A DNA stretch of 64,000 bases from Octopus sinensis. Lineage: Eukaryota. Below the pieces are notes generated by a model. It did not search any database and was not told the DNA's origin. It was given only the letters and a program-made list of their open reading frames with translations. Shown here in pieces: positions 63,501 through 64,000 of the stretch. Every line of letters begins with the position of its first letter. Position 1 is the stretch's first letter. The translations under genes and the position numbers were made by a program. The stretch spans positions 5,704,001 through 5,768,000 of the forward strand of contig NC_043017.1 in NCBI RefSeq assembly GCF_006345805.1. Reading direction: 5' to 3'.

Positions 63501-64000
63501 CATTCCTAGCAACATACTATGATCATGGGAAATCTTTCCGATATTTTTTCTCTTCATTTTTTGTAAAGAAAATCACACGATTAATATTTGACCAGACTAT
63601 CTACACATTAGCTACACTTGACCTACTCTACATACGAACACACACGCACACACACGCACACACACACGCACACATACATAAGCATACGTGTAAACATTAA
63701 GCACTTAACTCTCACACATACACATCATGCACACATCACACCCGCATAACACACACATATGTCACACGCATCAGGCGCTCATCACACATTTCACATACAT
63801 ACACACTCCTCTTTCTCTCTCTCTCTTTTTTTCTCTCTCTCTCTTTCATGGCCTTTCTTTCTTTCTCTTTCTCCCCCCCCCTCTCCCTCTCTCTCTCGGA
63901 CACACGCACACACGCAGATACACATCATGCACTCATCACACGCATACGTCACGCACATTACAAACATGTCACACACATCAGGCGCTCATCTCTGTCTGCC

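Overview
Repeat-dominated, AT-rich eukaryotic non-coding DNA. The SINE families, Penelope, R4/Dong and RTE LINEs and extreme (AT)n/(TACA)n/(TAA)n microsatellite load point to an octopus (coleoid cephalopod) genome; this is an inference from repeat content. No intact host gene is recognisable, and nearly all ORFs in the track are translations of microsatellites. Supported content: (i) dozens of tRNA-derived SINE copies from at least four families (labelled A-D here; correspondence to the published octopus OK/OR1/OR2 families is not assigned) plus a headless repeat (E); (ii) decayed retroelements: three R4/Dong, one RTE ORF, two RTE-like 5' ends, one CR1-like and three Penelope-like; (iii) DNA elements: a hAT transposase relic, five hAT-type MITEs (three with 8-bp TSDs), a Tigger-like MITE, another TIR MITE, and a Helitron nested in a hAT MITE. 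Best leads: a CpG-rich, heavily base-paired island ending in an ATG and splice donor (44.5-44.8 kb); a roughly 170-nt module conserved between two different RTE-like 5' ends (possible ribozyme); variant minimal hammerhead folds in Penelope termini; and several unusual SINE rearrangements. Repeat boundaries are read by eye and approximate unless a TSD or TIR is quoted.
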